Assembly (NCBI GenBank): GCA_021793055.1
Contig: JAJYTL010000001.1
Coordinates: 1-50,138, forward strand
Reading direction: 5' to 3'
Length of the DNA stretch: 50,138 nt
Source: Pseudomonadota bacterium
Lineage (GTDB): Bacteria; Pseudomonadota; Alphaproteobacteria; Ferrovibrionales; Ferrovibrionaceae
Shown: positions 10,377 through 19,352 of the stretch, one piece after another
How the letters are laid out: the number at the start of each line of letters is the position of its first letter
Position numbering within the stretch: the stretch's first letter is position 1
Made by a program: the position numbers and the translations under genes
Notes under the pieces: generated by a model
What the model was told of the DNA's origin: nothing
The model's database searches: none
What the model saw: the letters and a program-made list of their open reading frames with translations, nothing else

Positions 10377-13238
10377 ATGACAAAGTCGCGTAACGTCGAT
10401 ACCTCGCCGCCGGTCTCGGATGAGGTCCGGACCTCCACTTGTTACATGTGCGCTTGCCGCTGCGGCATCAAAGTCCATCTTCGCGATGGCCATATCCGTT
10501 ATATCGAGGGCAATCGCGATCACCCGGTGAACAAGGGCGTGCTTTGCGCCAAGGGCTCGGCTGGGATCATGCAGCAGCATTCGCCGGCCAAGCTACGGGC
10601 TCCGCTGTTGCGGGTCGGCGAGCGCGGCAAGGGCGAATTCCGCGAGATTTCCTGGGACGAGGCGCTGGCGCTCGCGGCCAAATGGCTTGGCGATATCCGC
10701 GCTTCCGACCCCCGCAAGCTCGCGCTTTTCACCGGCCGCGACCAGAGCCAGGCCCTGACCGGCTGGTGGGCGAGCCAGTTCGGCACGCCGAACTATGCCG
10801 CTCATGGCGGTTTTTGCTCGGTCAACATGGCGGCCGCCGGCATGTATACGATCGGCGGCGCCTTCTGGGAATTCGGCGAGCCCGATTGGGAACATACCCG
10901 CTATTTCCTGCTGTTCGGCTGCGCCGAGGATCACGACAGCAATCCGATCAAGGGCGGCCTGGCGCGAATCAAGGCCCGCGGCGCCAAGTTCGTCTCGGTC
11001 AACCCGGTGAAAACCGGCTATTCCGCGATCGCCGACGAATGGGTGGGCCTGCGCCCCGGCACCGACGGCATCTTCGTCCTCGCCCTGATTCACGAACTTC
11101 TGCAAGCGGGCAAGGTCGATCTCGACTATCTCGTGCGCTACACCAACGCGCCCTGGCTGGTGATCCGCAATCCTGGCCAGGCCGACGACGGTCTCTTCGC
11201 CCGCGATGGCGAGGGCCGCCCGCTTTGCTGGGATCGCGGCCGGAATGCGCTCGCCAATGCCGAGGCGGCCGACGTTTCGCCCGCGCTCAGGGGCGAGTAC
11301 CGTTTGCCCGACGGGCGCACGGCCGTGCCGGCGTTTCAGATCATGGCCGAACGCTATCTCGATCCGCGTTACAGCCCCGAGGCGGCGGCGCAAGCAACCG
11401 GCCTTGGCGCCGACGTCATCCGCCGCATCGCCGCCGAACTCGCCCACGCCGCCTTCGCCGAGGAGGTCGTGCTCGAGGTGCCGTGGACCGATTGGGCCGG
11501 CCGCCGCCAGGAGCGCATGATCGGCCGTCCGGTGGCGTTGCACGCGATGCGCGGGATTTCCGCCCATTCCAACGGCTTCCACACCTGTCGCGCGATTCAC
11601 GTCCTGCAGGTCCTGCTCGGCAGCATCGATAGCCCCGGCGGCTTCCGCTACCGTCCGCCCTATCCGAAATCGGCGCCGCCGCCCGGCCGGCCGACCGGCC
11701 ATGCCGATCAGGTCGGCCCGAACCAGCCGATGAAAGGCGCGCCCTTGGGCTATCCGCAAGGGCCGGAGGATCTTCTCGTCGAGGCGGACGGCAGCCCGCG
11801 GCGCATCGACAAGGCGTTCTCCTGGGAGGCGCCGCTCGCCGTCCATGGCATGATGCACATGGTCATCACCAACGCCTGGAAGGGCGACCCCTACCCGATC
11901 AACACGCTGTTCATGTTCATGGCCAATATGGCCTGGAACTCGGCGATGAACACTGGCGGCGTGCAGCGCATGCTGACCGACAAGGACCCGGCGACCGGCG
12001 AGTACCGCATCCCGCACTTCATCTATTCCGATGCCTATTATTCGGAGACGGTGGCCTTTGCCGATCTCGTCCTGCCGGACACCACCTATCTTGAGCGCTG
12101 GGACTGCATTTCGCTGCTCGACCGGCCGATCTGCAGCGCCGACGCGCCGGCCGACGCCATCCGGCAGCCGGTGGTGACGCCGGATCGCGACGTACGCCCG
12201 TTCCAGACGGTGCTGCTCGATCTCGGCGTCCGGCTCGGCCTGCCCGGCATGGTCGATGCCGACGGGGCGGCGAAATATCCCGGCGGCTATCCGGATTACA
12301 TCGTCAATCACGAACGCCAGCCCGGCATCGGGCCCTTGGCCGGTTGGCGCGGCGCCAACGGCGAGGCCGAGGGCCGCGGCGCGCCGAACCCGAAGCAGCT
12401 CGAATCCTATATCGCCCACGGCTGTTTCTGGGAGCACGAGCTGTCGCCGGAGCAGCGCTATTTCAAGCACGCGAACAAGGCCTATCTCGATTTCGCGGTG
12501 GCGATGGGCTTCGTCGCCAAGCCGGAGCCGATCGTGCTTCAGATCTATTCCGAGCCGATGCAGAAGTTCCGCCTCGCCGCGCAAGGCTTCGGGCCGGTGC
12601 AGCCGCCGGAAATCCATCGCCGGCGGGTCGATAGCTATTTCGATCCGCTGCCGATCTGGTATCCGCCGTTCGAGGAAGCCGCGGTCGACGGCGCGGCCTT
12701 CCCGCTCCACGGCATCACCCAGCGCCCGGCCGCCATGTATCATTCCTGGGGCTCACAGAACGCCTGGCTGCGCCAGATACACGGCCACAACCGCCTGTTC
12801 GTGAACCGCAAGACCGGCGAGGCCTTGGGGCTTCAGGACGACGACTGGGTCTATGTCACCAGCCACCACGGTCGCGTGCGGTGCCAGGTCCGCCTCATGG
12901 CGGGGGTCAATCCGCAAACGGTGTGGACCTGGAACGCGATCGGCAAGCGCGCCGGAGCGTGGAATCTCGCGCCCGATGCGCCCGAGGCAAAGAAGGGCTT
13001 CCTGCTCAATCACGTGATTTCCGATCTCCTGCCGGAGCAGGCGGGCGGTTACCGCTATTCCAATTCCGATCCGGTGACCGGGCAGGCGGCCTGGTACGAT
13101 CTTAAAGTCAGGCTCGAAAAGGCGCCGGCGGCGGAAGCCGGGAGCAGCGGGCCGGAATTCGCGCCCGTCGGCTTGCCGCCCGGAATGCCGGAACGGCCCA
13201 AGGTGCTGCGCTATGGCGCCAATTTCCGTAGGCGCTGA
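10377..13238 (+). CDS. Molybdopterin (bis-MGD) oxidoreductase catalytic subunit, DMSO-reductase superfamily, no Tat signal
   Basis: The N-terminal 4Fe-4S motif is CYMCACRCG...x27...C (C-x2-C-x3-C-xn-C). Size is 953 aa. The N-terminus MTKSRNVDTSPPVSDEVRTSTCYMC has no RR leader. Confidence 0.9.
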   Translation: MTKSRNVDTSPPVSDEVRTSTCYMCACRCGIKVHLRDGHIRYIEGNRDHPVNKGVLCAKGSAGIMQQHSPAKLRAPLLRVGERGKGEFREISWDEALALAAKWLGDIRASDPRKLALFTGRDQSQALTGWWASQFGTPNYAAHGGFCSVNMAAAGMYTIGGAFWEFGEPDWEHTRYFLLFGCAEDHDSNPIKGGLARIKARGAKFVSVNPVKTGYSAIADEWVGLRPGTDGIFVLALIHELLQAGKVDLDYLVRYTNAPWLVIRNPGQADDGLFARDGEGRPLCWDRGRNALANAEAADVSPALRGEYRLPDGRTAVPAFQIMAERYLDPRYSPEAAAQATGLGADVIRRIAAELAHAAFAEEVVLEVPWTDWAGRRQERMIGRPVALHAMRGISAHSNGFHTCRAIHVLQVLLGSIDSPGGFRYRPPYPKSAPPPGRPTGHADQVGPNQPMKGAPLGYPQGPEDLLVEADGSPRRIDKAFSWEAPLAVHGMMHMVITNAWKGDPYPINTLFMFMANMAWNSAMNTGGVQRMLTDKDPATGEYRIPHFIYSDAYYSETVAFADLVLPDTTYLERWDCISLLDRPICSADAPADAIRQPVVTPDRDVRPFQTVLLDLGVRLGLPGMVDADGAAKYPGGYPDYIVNHERQPGIGPLAGWRGANGEAEGRGAPNPKQLESYIAHGCFWEHELSPEQRYFKHANKAYLDFAVAMGFVAKPEPIVLQIYSEPMQKFRLAAQGFGPVQPPEIHRRRVDSYFDPLPIWYPPFEEAAVDGAAFPLHGITQRPAAMYHSWGSQNAWLRQIHGHNRLFVNRKTGEALGLQDDDWVYVTSHHGRVRCQVRLMAGVNPQTVWTWNAIGKRAGAWNLAPDAPEAKKGFLLNHVISDLLPEQAGGYRYSNSDPVTGQAAWYDLKVRLEKAPAAEAGSSGPEFAPVGLPPGMPERPKVLRYGANFRRR

Positions 13239-13250
13239 GGAGGTAGAACG

Positions 13251-14003
13251 GTGACAAGCCTTCCGCAAGGCCCAACCACGAAAAAGCTCGGCCTGGTCAT
13301 CGACCTCGACACCTGCGTCGGGTGCCATGCCTGCGCGGTCAACTGCAAGGAGTGGAATACCGGCGGCCATTCGGCGCCGCTCACCGACTTCAACCCTTAC
13401 GGCGCGGAAACGGCGGGTGTGTGGTTCAACCGCATCCATTCCTTCGAGGCCGGCGAGGGCGAGAACTGCCGCACGGTGAATTTCCCGAAATCCTGCCTTC
13501 ATTGCGAGACTCCGGCCTGCGTTACCGTCTGTCCGACCGGCGCTTCGTATAAACGCGAGGAAGACGGCATCGTTCTCGTCGACGCCGATCTCTGCATCGG
13601 CTGCAAGCTGTGCTCCTGGGCCTGCCCCTACGGCGCCCGCGAGTTCGACGAGAGCGACGGCGTGATGAAGAAATGCACGCTCTGCATCGACCGCATCTAC
13701 AACGAAAACCTGCCGGAGCAGGAGCGGGTGCCGGCCTGCGTCGCGACCTGTCCGGCCTCGGCGCGCCATTTCGGCGATCTCGGCGACCCCGCTTCCGCGG
13801 TGTCGCGGCTGGTCGCCGAGCGCGGCGGCTTCGATCTGTTGCCGGAACTCGGCTACAAGCCGGTCAACAAGTATCTTCCGCCCCGGCCGCGGCGGGACCA
13901 GCCGGGCGCGACCGGCGCGCCGGCCGCGCTCGCCGCGCTTTCGCCGGCGCAAGATTCGCCGTCCGGCTTTCTCGGCTGGGTCGATCGTCTCCTCTCTCGC
14001 TGA
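13251..14003 (+). CDS. 4Fe-4S dicluster electron-transfer subunit (DmsB/PsrB-like)
   Basis: Four ferredoxin-type Cys groups are present: CVGCHACAVNC, CLHCETPACVTVCP, CIGCKLCSWACP and CTLCIDR...CVATCP. AGGAGG precedes the GTG start, 12 nt after the alpha subunit stop. Confidence 0.9.
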   Translation: MTSLPQGPTTKKLGLVIDLDTCVGCHACAVNCKEWNTGGHSAPLTDFNPYGAETAGVWFNRIHSFEAGEGENCRTVNFPKSCLHCETPACVTVCPTGASYKREEDGIVLVDADLCIGCKLCSWACPYGAREFDESDGVMKKCTLCIDRIYNENLPEQERVPACVATCPASARHFGDLGDPASAVSRLVAERGGFDLLPELGYKPVNKYLPPRPRRDQPGATGAPAALAALSPAQDSPSGFLGWVDRLLSR

Positions 14004-14018
14004 ACCCGTATCGCCGCC

Positions 14019-14972
14019 ATGTTTCCTGCAACTTCAGTCATCTTCTTCACCACCGCCTCCGGCGCCGGTTATGGCCTAATCGCGGCGCTCGGCGTGTTCG
14101 CCGCGCTCGGTCTGGTCGCGCCCGGCCTTGGTCTCGGGCTGTTCGGCTTCGTCCTCGCTTTCGGGCTGATCACCGCCGGACTCTTGTCCTCGACCTTCCA
14201 CCTCGGCCATCCCGAACGCGCCTGGCGCGCCGTCAGCCAATGGCGCTCGTCGTGGCTGTCGCGCGAAGGCGTTATGGCGCTGGTGACTTACGTGCCGGCG
14301 GGGCTCTTTGCGCTGGTCTTCACCTTCGGACCATGGCTCCCCGAGGGGCAGGGCGCGCTGCGGCCGCTCGGGTTGCTCAGCGCGCTCGCGGCCGCGCTCA
14401 CGGTGTTCTCTACCGGCATGATCTACCGCGTACTGAAGCCGATCCATCAATGGGCGAACGGCTGGGTGGTGCCGAGCTATCTCGCGCTCGCCGCGATGAC
14501 CGGTCTCATGCTGCTCGATCTCGCGCTCGCCGTTTTCGCCCGCCCGTCGCAGGTCGTCGCCACCACGACCCTGATTGCGATCGCCCTCGCGGCGGCGTTG
14601 AAGGCGGGGTATTGGCGCTTCATCCGGACGAGCAGGGCCGCGAGCACGGCGGAAACCGCGACGGGCCTCGGTCGCTTTGGCCGGGTCCGGCTTCTCGAGG
14701 CGCCGCACACCGAAGAGAATTACCTGTTGAAGGAAATGGGCTTCAAGATCGCGCGCCGGCATGCCGAGAAGCTGCGGCGCATCGCCGCCCTGGCCGGGTT
14801 CATTCTGCCTTTCGTCTTCACCCTCACGACGCTGGTCCGGCCCGCTTTCGGGCTCCTGCCAGCGGTTTTGGCGGTGCTTTCGGCCGGCCTCGGCGTCGCT
14901 GTCGAGCGTTGGCTGTTTTTCGCCGAGGCCAAGCACACCGTTATGCTTTACTACGGCGCAACGTCGGCTTGA
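14019..14972 (+). CDS. Integral-membrane anchor subunit (DmsC-like, about 8 TM helices)
   Basis: The 317-aa product is highly hydrophobic and starts 15 nt after the Fe-S subunit. Gene order alpha-beta-anchor is typical of DmsABC/PsrABC-type complexes. Confidence 0.75.
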   Translation: MFPATSVIFFTTASGAGYGLIAALGVFAALGLVAPGLGLGLFGFVLAFGLITAGLLSSTFHLGHPERAWRAVSQWRSSWLSREGVMALVTYVPAGLFALVFTFGPWLPEGQGALRPLGLLSALAAALTVFSTGMIYRVLKPIHQWANGWVVPSYLALAAMTGLMLLDLALAVFARPSQVVATTTLIAIALAAALKAGYWRFIRTSRAASTAETATGLGRFGRVRLLEAPHTEENYLLKEMGFKIARRHAEKLRRIAALAGFILPFVFTLTTLVRPAFGLLPAVLAVLSAGLGVAVERWLFFAEAKHTVMLYYGATSA

Positions 14973-15131
14973 CCGCGCCTGCCGCCAAACGGTGCCGCGG
15001 CGGCGGTTGAATGCGCTCGGCACGGCCAATGCCCGGCTCCAAGCCTTTCATTCGCGAGCGAAGAATATTTGAACACTACCGAAGGTAGGGGTATCAATAA
15101 CCTGCGGGAGTGAGTTTTGTAGGGAGGGGGC

Positions 15132-16871
15132 GTGGCCGAAAGGCGCGAACAGAAGATTTTCCTCTCGACGCTGCCGGCTTCGGCGGAGCAACGCCGCGTC
15201 GCGTTGCTGGTTCTGGCGATCGCCGCGGCGGCCTTCGTGCTGGTTGCGCCGTTCGCGCGGCTTCATGTCGCCCCGATCCCCGCCATCTTGCCGGCCGCCA
15301 TCCTGCCCGCCTATGAGGCGGCGCGGTTGGTCACCGCCCTGATCACCGCCGGCCTCTTGTTCGCGCTTTATGCGGTCGATCGCTCGCCCGCGGTCTTGGT
15401 GCTCGCGGCCGGCTATCTGTTCTCCGCTTTGACGGTGATTCCGCCCTACGCTTTGGCGATCGCGGAGCTCTTCGCGCCGTTGGGCCTATTCGTCAACGGG
15501 TCGCATATGGCGGCCTGGCTGTTCGATATCTGGCAGTTAGTCTGGCACGTCGTCTTCGCTTTCGTGGTGCTCGCCTATGCGCTGCTGAAGGACGGCAGCA
15601 GCACGCTCAGCCCGCCGGATCGGGGCGCGGCGGCGGCGATTCTTGGCAGCGTCGCCATCGTCACGCTCGGGGTCGTCGCCATCGCGCTATTCGTGGTCGC
15701 GGGTCGCTCGGTTCTGGTGCCCTTGATGCTCGGCGCCCGCGGCAGCGAGCCCATATGGCGTTACGCGACCAGCGCCATACTGGCCCTCGACCTGGTGGCT
15801 CTCGGCGTGCTCTGGGTCCGGCGCCAATCGCTGCTCGATCTTTGGCTCATCGTGGTGATGGGATGCTTGATCTTCGGCATCAGCCTGAGTGCCGTCCTCA
15901 GCCAGACCCGGTTCAGTCTCGGCTACTATGCCGGCCGCTTTTATGAACTGATGGCGGCGAGCTTCGTTCTCGTTATCCTGCTCCTCGAGGCGACCGCGCT
16001 TTACGCCCGGCTCGCGCGATCGGTCGAGACCGAGCGGCGCGAGCGCGAGCGCCGCATCAATGAGATGCAATCGGTTCTCTTTCATCTTTCGCGGGTGAAC
16101 GAGCTGGCGCAGATCGTGTCGAGCCTCATTCATGAGGTCAACCAGCCTCTCGCCGCCATTGGCAACTATCTCGCGGCATTGCAGAGGCTGGTGCAGATGG
16201 GCAAGGCCGAGGTCGTCGGGCCGACTTTGGAAAAGGCGGCGGCGCAGGCAGCCAGGGCCAGCAACATCGTGCATCGCCTCCGCGATTTCGTGGTCAAGCG
16301 CGAAACCGAGAAGAAGCTGGAAAGCCTGCCGCAGACCATAGAGGACGCCATCGCGCTGGCGACGGTAGGCGCGGGCGATCAGAATCTGCGGGTTGCGACA
16401 CAGTTCGATCCGAAGGCGGCGGAAGCCTTCGTCGACCGTATCCAGATCGAGCAAGTCCTGTTCAACCTGGTGCGCAACGCGGCCGAGGCGATGGCGGCAA
16501 GCGCGCGCCGCGAACTCAGCATCACCACCGCGCGGCTGGACGAGGATCGGATCGAGGTTCGCGTCGCCGATACCGGCCCCGGCTTGCCCGACTCGGTGCG
16601 CGCGAAACTCTTCGAGCCCTTTGTCACCACCAAGGCGAGCGGCATGGGGGTGGGCCTTTCGGTCTGTCGCGTCATCGTCGAGGCCCATGGCGGCAAATTG
16701 CATGTCGAGGACAATCCGCGCGGCGGCACCACCTTCCGCTTCACCATTCCCGCGAGCCCGGTGGCGGCGGAGGAGATGACCGAGGCGCGAAGCAGCGTCA
16801 TCGAGGTTCTGTCCTCGCCGCACGGTCCGCCGGCCGCCGCCGGCGAGGCGGGAGAGATCACGAATTCGTGA
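15132..16871 (+). CDS. Sensor histidine kinase with a multi-pass membrane N-terminal domain (no adjacent response regulator)
   Basis: About 300 aa of TM helices are followed by the H-box LIHEVNQPLAAIGNYL, the N-box LFNLVRNAAEAM, and G-boxes DTGPGL and GMGVGLSVC. GGGAGGGGG precedes the GTG start. Confidence 0.85.
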   Translation: MAERREQKIFLSTLPASAEQRRVALLVLAIAAAAFVLVAPFARLHVAPIPAILPAAILPAYEAARLVTALITAGLLFALYAVDRSPAVLVLAAGYLFSALTVIPPYALAIAELFAPLGLFVNGSHMAAWLFDIWQLVWHVVFAFVVLAYALLKDGSSTLSPPDRGAAAAILGSVAIVTLGVVAIALFVVAGRSVLVPLMLGARGSEPIWRYATSAILALDLVALGVLWVRRQSLLDLWLIVVMGCLIFGISLSAVLSQTRFSLGYYAGRFYELMAASFVLVILLLEATALYARLARSVETERRERERRINEMQSVLFHLSRVNELAQIVSSLIHEVNQPLAAIGNYLAALQRLVQMGKAEVVGPTLEKAAAQAARASNIVHRLRDFVVKRETEKKLESLPQTIEDAIALATVGAGDQNLRVATQFDPKAAEAFVDRIQIEQVLFNLVRNAAEAMAASARRELSITTARLDEDRIEVRVADTGPGLPDSVRAKLFEPFVTTKASGMGVGLSVCRVIVEAHGGKLHVEDNPRGGTTFRFTIPASPVAAEEMTEARSSVIEVLSSPHGPPAAAGEAGEITNS

Positions 16872-16979
16872 TCGGCCAGCGTCCGCCCCGGCTGGCGCCG
16901 GCCGTTGAAAACACGCGAGCGCAACTGTAGAATGCTTCCAGCCTGGGTGACGCAACCAAGGCCCGGGTACAACCACAAC

Positions 16980-17396
16980 ATGAAAGCGAGCGCACGCATG
17001 TCCGCAACATCGCGTCTCTTCGCCGGCATCATGGTCCTGCTGTTGCTGGCCGTGCCGGCTTGGGCCGGGTCCATGCCCGCCAATGTCAAGATCGGCGAAA
17101 CCGCGCAGGGCAAGGTTTTGACCAACGCGGAGGGGATGTCCCTCTATACCTTCAAAAAGGACGTCGCCAACAGTGGCAAGTCCATGTGCAACGGGGTTTG
17201 CGCGAAGAACTGGCCGCCTCTCGCGGTGCCGGCCGGCTTTACCGCCGGCGATGGCTGGAGCGAAATCACCCGGGCCGATGGCGCTAAGCAACTCGCCTAT
17301 CACGGCAAGCCGCTCTACGCCTTCATCAAGGACAAGAAGGCCGGGGAAACCATGGGCAATGGCTTCAAGCACGTTTGGGCGCTTGCCCGCCCGTAA
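16980..17396 (+). CDS. Secreted protein of the COG4315 / Yx(FWY)xxD-repeat family
   Basis: A signal peptide (LFAGIMVLLLLAVPAWAG) is followed by GMSLYTFKKD...CNGVCAKNWPP and GKPLYAFIKD repeats typical of this family. The track ORF starts earlier (16905), but ATG 16980 gives a normal signal peptide. Confidence 0.7.
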   Translation: MKASARMSATSRLFAGIMVLLLLAVPAWAGSMPANVKIGETAQGKVLTNAEGMSLYTFKKDVANSGKSMCNGVCAKNWPPLAVPAGFTAGDGWSEITRADGAKQLAYHGKPLYAFIKDKKAGETMGNGFKHVWALARP

Positions 17397-17747
17397 CCAA
17401 GGTCTTCACCGCCAGCGTCCCGCCGCGCGGCGACGGGCATGAGGGCGGTTCTCTTTTCCTGATCAAGGGCCGGGCCGGAAGGGATGGGCGCCATCCGTTT
17501 CGGCTCGGCCGCTTTGTTGAGGCTGCGGCCCGCATCCTCGCCAACGATCCAAGGCCGAATCCCGCCGGCCCCCAGCGCACGATGATCTCGGGGCGCGCCC
17601 CCCCCCCCTAAATCATGCCCATGTGCCGTTCCGATGACTTGAAGCATGGCCCCCCAGATTTTGGCGTCACACTTCAGCGCGGCCTGACAGCCAATTCGTC
17701 GGGATCGCCGCGTTTTCCCGTCTGATCTTGCCCGAAGCTTCGGCTTT

Positions 17748-17764
17748 TGCATAATTTTTATGCA
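17748..17764. promoter_or_regulatory. Perfect 17-bp palindrome TGCATAA-TTT-TTATGCA, candidate enhancer-binding-protein (NtrC-type) site
   Basis: It has the same TGCA...N9...TGCA geometry as the enteric NtrC consensus TGCACCAnnnTGGTGCA. It lies in an AT-rich patch about 120 bp upstream of the sigma-54 promoter of urtA. Confidence 0.45.
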
Positions 17765-17881
17765 AAATAACTATACGCCTATATTTTCGGCAGTTCGTCG
17801 GCGCTAAGCTTCGCGGCGCGAAGCGCGCCTCTGCCATGGGCGGATGCCAAAATTTTGCTCCGCGGACCCTCCCGAGGGTCA

Positions 17882-17897
17882 TGGCATGTCGCTTGCA
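17882..17897 (+). promoter_or_regulatory. Sigma-54 (-24/-12) promoter of the urt-ure gene string
   Basis: TGGCATgtcgcTTGCA matches TGGCAC-N5-TTGCW with exact GG-N10-GC spacing. It lies about 138 nt upstream of the urtA start. Confidence 0.7.
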
Positions 17898-18034
17898 GTT
17901 TCCCTTCCTGGCTACGTCCGATGCCGGTCTTCCGCGACCAACGGAAAGCCGCGGCTGCCGCGAGCGAAATCGAGCGACGCAAGGGTGGGCCGACGAGGAT
18001 CAAGGGAAACACGAAGCACAAAGGAGTGTCAGAA

Positions 18035-19279
18035 GTGGCGAATAGCAAAAGGATGTACAACGGGGGCGCGTTACGCCCGGCCTTGAAAAGGCTGTCGCTG
18101 GCGTTGGCCGCCGTACCCTTCCTGGTCGGGGCGAGCGGCGCCGCGCTCGCCGCCACGCCGGTCAAGGTCGGCGTCCTGCAGTCGCTGACCGGGACCATGG
18201 CGATCAGCGAAGTGACGGTGAAAAACGCCGAAGTTCTTGCCATCGACCAGATCAATGCCGCTGGCGGCGTGCTCGGCCATCCGATCAAGGCAATCGTCGA
18301 AGACGGCGCCTCGCTTCCCGCCACCTTCGCCCAGAAGGCGACGCAGCTGATCCAGCAGGACCACGTCGTCACCGTGTTCGGCGGTTGGACGTCGGCGAGC
18401 CGCAAGGCGATGCTGCCGGTGTTCCAGCGCTTCAACAATCTGCTCTGGTATCCGGTGCAGTTCGAGGGCAACGAGTGCTCGCCCAACATCATGTATTCCG
18501 GCGCGCAGCCCAATCAGCAGATCCTGCCCGCCCTCACCTGGGCCAAGCAGCAGGGCTACAAGCGCTTTTTCCTGCTCGGCTCCGATTACGTCTTCCCGCG
18601 CACCGCCAACCTGATCCTGAAGAAGCACATCGTGCATGACGGCCTCAAGGTGGTGGGCGAGGAATACGTTCCCCTCGGCGGCACCGACTTCAGCGCCGTG
18701 ATCAACAAGATCAAGCTCGCTAAGCCCGATATCATCTTCAACACCCTGAACGGCTCGAGCAACGTCTCGTTCTTCAAGCAGATGTCGGCCGCCGGCCTGC
18801 CCCCGAGCAAGCTGCCGGTGATGTCGTTCAGCATTGGCGAGCAGGAAGCCAAGGCGATGGGTCCCTCGCTGGTCGAGGGCAGCTATGCCGCCTGGAACTA
18901 CTTCGAGAGCCTGGATACGCCCGAGAACAAGAAGTTCGTCGCCGCGTATCAAGCCAAATTCGGCAAGAACGCCGCGGTCACCGACCCGATGGCCCATGGC
19001 TACATCGATGTCTACATCTGGAAGGCTGCGGTCGAGAAGGCGAAGAGCTTCAACCCCACCAAGGTCCGCGACGCCGCGGTGAAGCTCGGCTGGATGCCAA
19101 GTCCGATGGGCGAGGTCAAGTTCGCCGACAACCAGAGCCTCTGGCAGACCGCCTATATCGGCAAGCTGAAGCCGGATGGGCAGTTCAAGATCCTCTGGCA
19201 CTCCAAGGGCAAGATCATGCCCGAGCCTTACGACAAGCTCGCCTTTCCGGGCAAGACCTGCGTCCTGCATAAATCGTAA
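18035..19279 (+). CDS. urtA: Urea ABC transporter substrate-binding protein
   Basis: A signal peptide is followed by PVKVGVLQSLTGTMAISE, and the family is LivK-like. It is the first gene of a urtABCDE set. GTG 18035 has AAGGAG 8 nt upstream. The track ORF starts at 17855, and ATG 18053 is an alternative. Confidence 0.9.
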   Translation: MANSKRMYNGGALRPALKRLSLALAAVPFLVGASGAALAATPVKVGVLQSLTGTMAISEVTVKNAEVLAIDQINAAGGVLGHPIKAIVEDGASLPATFAQKATQLIQQDHVVTVFGGWTSASRKAMLPVFQRFNNLLWYPVQFEGNECSPNIMYSGAQPNQQILPALTWAKQQGYKRFFLLGSDYVFPRTANLILKKHIVHDGLKVVGEEYVPLGGTDFSAVINKIKLAKPDIIFNTLNGSSNVSFFKQMSAAGLPPSKLPVMSFSIGEQEAKAMGPSLVEGSYAAWNYFESLDTPENKKFVAAYQAKFGKNAAVTDPMAHGYIDVYIWKAAVEKAKSFNPTKVRDAAVKLGWMPSPMGEVKFADNQSLWQTAYIGKLKPDGQFKILWHSKGKIMPEPYDKLAFPGKTCVLHKS

Positions 19280-19352
19280 CCCTGAACCGCAAACGGCCAA
19301 AGTCGTAACCGTGGGCCGTGCCCAAAGCCGGGCGCGGCGAGGAGAAGAGAGA

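Noticed and set aside
10593-12743. 716-aa minus-strand ORF opposite the molybdopterin oxidoreductase gene
   Set aside because: It is an antisense artefact. The + strand product carries the Fe-S and MGD-family features, while the minus product is low complexity.
15018-15032. Possible fifth sigma-54 promoter CGGCACggccaATGC upstream of the histidine kinase
   Set aside because: The GG-N10-GC spacing is right, but two of the conserved T positions are lost. This is too weak to call without a matrix score.
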